Shown here one piece after another: positions 62,145 to 64,000 of a stretch of DNA of 64,000 bases. The notes below the pieces were generated by a model that made no database searches, was not told the DNA's origin, and saw only the letters and a list, made by a program, of their open reading frames with translations. How positions within the stretch are numbered: the stretch's first letter is position 1; the number at the start of each line of letters is the position of its first letter. Origin of the DNA: Solirubrobacteraceae bacterium (GTDB taxonomy: Bacteria; Actinomycetota; Thermoleophilia; Solirubrobacterales; Solirubrobacteraceae); assembly GCA_036510155.1 (NCBI GenBank), contig DATCEK010000161.1:5347-69346 (forward strand), given 5' to 3'. A program made the translations under genes and the position numbers.

Positions 62145-62839
62145 GCCGCCTGCAACTGTGTGAGCTCGTCAAGTACTACGGGAGCGAGGGTGAGACCGTC
62201 AGAGCTGTGGATGGTGTCTCGCTGAGCCTCGCTCCAGGAGAGTTTGTAGCGCTATATGGACCTAGCGGTTCGGGCAAGACGACACTCTTGCTGCTGGCGG
62301 CCGGCCTGCTGAGTCCCGAGAGCGGTCAAGTGCTCTTCGAAGGGCGTGACATCGACGATTACTCGCCGGCGGAGCGAGCCTCCTACCGCCGCCGCGACGT
62401 GGGCATCGTCTTTCAGTCCTTCCATCTGATGGCGGGAGCCTCGGTGTTGAACAACGCCGCGATCAAGCCGCTCGCGGATGGCATGAGCCCCAAGAAGGCA
62501 CGCGAGCTGGCGCGCCCGTGGCTCGACCGGGTCGGCTTGGTGGACCGTCACGACCATCGCCCACGACAGCTCTCCATGGGCGAGCGTCAGCGGGTGGCGA
62601 TCGCCCGCGCACTTGTCAACGAGCCGCTGGTGCTGCTCTGCGACGAGCCGACCGGCAACCTCGATTCCAAGCGCAGCCGCGAAATCCTCACCCTGCTCAG
62701 AGACATCTGCCATGACCGCGACATCCCTGGCCTGCTGGTGACCCACGATCCGCAGGCGGTCGAATACGTCGACCAGGCCTACACACTCAGCGACGGAAAG
62801 CTTCAGGAGGGCGTCAGCCCAGAGCTCGTCCTGCCATGA
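62141..62839 (+). CDS. ABC transporter ATP-binding protein (LolD/MacB type)
   Basis: GPSGSGKTT, LSMGERQRVAIARAL, LLCDEPTGNLD, VTHD. Confidence 0.95.
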   Translation: MSRLQLCELVKYYGSEGETVRAVDGVSLSLAPGEFVALYGPSGSGKTTLLLLAAGLLSPESGQVLFEGRDIDDYSPAERASYRRRDVGIVFQSFHLMAGASVLNNAAIKPLADGMSPKKARELARPWLDRVGLVDRHDHRPRQLSMGERQRVAIARALVNEPLVLLCDEPTGNLDSKRSREILTLLRDICHDRDIPGLLVTHDPQAVEYVDQAYTLSDGKLQEGVSPELVLP

Positions 62840-64000
62840 GCGGACGTCTACAGAGCGTCAAACAGCTCCCGGCTCGACTGCGGGCGCTCTGGGACCTGTA
62901 TGGATGGAGAGTCCGCCAGCATCCAACTCAAGAGCTGATGGGGGTCGTGGGGATCGCCGTCGGAGTGGCACTGCTCTTTGGTGTGCTGCTGGCAAACGTG
63001 GGCGTCACCGGACCAAGCGCCCAACTCGTGCACGAGCTCACGGGCACAGCTCGCTACACGCTGTCGGCACGCTCCTCCGATGGCTTCGACGAGGGGCTCA
63101 TCGCCGCCGTCAGAGAGCTGCCGGATGTGCAGATCGCCTCTCCGATCCTGCGCGAGACTGCGACCGTGGTGGGACCGAAGGGCCGCGAACCGGTCGAGCT
63201 GATCGGCCTCACCCCGACGATAGTCGCGCTTGAAGGCGAAGCGACACGCAATCTCGGCGCCGGCGCACAGCTGCTGGCGGGAGGAGTCGGGCTGCCCGAA
63301 GAAGTGGCCCGCCGGGTGGGCGCCCGCGCCGGGCACGCCATCACGATCCTGACTGACGGCAACGCCAACAGGGTGCAGCTGCGAGCGACGCTCGGATCGC
63401 AGACGATCGGTGCGGTGGCGAGGAGCTCTGTCGCGGTCGGGCTGCTGTCCACGATCCAGCAGATCAGCGGCGTGGGAAATCGGGTCAGCTCGATCTTCGT
63501 CAGGCCGGCGCCCGGCACAGACCTGATGGTGCGCGCAGAGCTCGAGAAGATCGCAGGCGGACGCCTGGACGTGACGGGCGCCGACCACGAGACCCAGCTC
63601 TTGCAACAAGCTGCCAGGCCGAGCGATCAGTCGACCAGGCTGTTCGCCGCGATCGGCGCGATGGTGGGCTTTCTGCTCGCGCTCAACGCCGCGCTCATAA
63701 CGACCCCCGAGCGTCGACGCTTCACCGCCGAGATGCGAACGCTTGGCTTCACGCGCCGCTACATCCTCACGATCCTCGCTTTCCAAGCGGCGATCCTCGG
63801 AGCGGTTGGATCGGCGATCGGGATCGGCGTCGGCTACGTGCTGTTTCAGACGGTTTTTCACAACACCCCCGGCTTTCTCACCTCGGCGTTTCTCGTCGGC
63901 TCCCAACAGCCCTTTCAAACCGGGCTCGTGCTATTGGCGCTCGCGTGCGGCGTGCTCGCCGCGATGGCGGCCTCGATCCCATGTGTCCTTGATCTGCGCT
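62836..64000 (+). CDS. MacB/FtsX-type ABC transporter permease (partial, runs off window end)
   Basis: ATG overlaps the ATPase stop; frame open to the window edge; TM1 GIAVGVALLFGVLL, periplasmic domain, then LFAAIGAMVGFLLALNA...RTLGFT..ILT..AFQA. Confidence 0.85.
   Translation, partial: MSGRLQSVKQLPARLRALWDLYGWRVRQHPTQELMGVVGIAVGVALLFGVLLANVGVTGPSAQLVHELTGTARYTLSARSSDGFDEGLIAAVRELPDVQIASPILRETATVVGPKGREPVELIGLTPTIVALEGEATRNLGAGAQLLAGGVGLPEEVARRVGARAGHAITILTDGNANRVQLRATLGSQTIGAVARSSVAVGLLSTIQQISGVGNRVSSIFVRPAPGTDLMVRAELEKIAGGRLDVTGADHETQLLQQAARPSDQSTRLFAAIGAMVGFLLALNAALITTPERRRFTAEMRTLGFTRRYILTILAFQAAILGAVGSAIGIGVGYVLFQTVFHNTPGFLTSAFLVGSQQPFQTGLVLLALACGVLAAMAASIPCVLDLR

Noticed and set aside
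1331-63918. Many long antisense or alternative-frame ORFs (e.g. 1331-2338, 25281-26690, 41314-42537, 62848-63918)
   Set aside because: They overlap well-supported genes, are Arg/Ala/Pro-rich and lack motifs; such shadow ORFs are expected in high-GC DNA.
1-64000. tRNA, rRNA, IS transposase or integrase genes
   Set aside because: None recognised in this window by eye.

Overview
High-GC bacterial chromosomal window. Gene content and sequence style suggest a monoderm actinobacterium such as Solirubrobacterales/Thermoleophilia (inference). Positions 1-18 kb hold housekeeping and accessory genes: PHP hydrolase, holB and tmk arranged divergently, a class II (B12) ribonucleotide reductase NrdJ carrying a 382-aa LAGLIDADG intein, a DUF433/DUF5615 VapBC-like toxin-antitoxin pair, ctaG, polysaccharide deacetylase, HU, ctaA, a methyltransferase, rmlC, DUF899 and an ECF sigma/partner pair. 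Positions 18-60 kb hold a near-complete flagellar cluster (csrA, fliW, flgLKN, flgJ-like, flgGF, fliA-type sigma, TPR-glycosyltransferase, flaG, fliDST, flgBC, fliEFGHI, fliJ, SLT, fliK, flgD, flgE, flbD, motAB, fliL, fliN, fliM, fliOPQR, flhBAF, PilZ, minimal fliC, CHAP). No flgM, flhG or chemotaxis genes are recognisable in the window, and about ten sigma-28-type promoters sit in front of both early and late operons. The window ends with TauE, PadR and a MacB/FtsX-type ABC cassette whose first ATPase is degenerate. Most unusual observations: (1) six co-transcribed flagellar intergenic gaps are each spanned by a tiny unannotated ORF that starts at or next to the upstream stop codon and ends at or next to the downstream start codon, suggesting a translational-relay system; (2) a 164-nt rod-like fold-back element between fliW and csrA whose mismatches are mostly G-U wobbles on the antisense strand; (3) an EXORDIUM/Phi-1-like plus 5x FnIII-like surface protein gene inserted antisense between fliI and fliJ; (4) a FliM lacking the CheY-binding peptide and carrying two SpoA domains, with a degenerate FlhF followed by PilZ instead of FlhG. 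All calls are by eye from motifs; no database searches were run.
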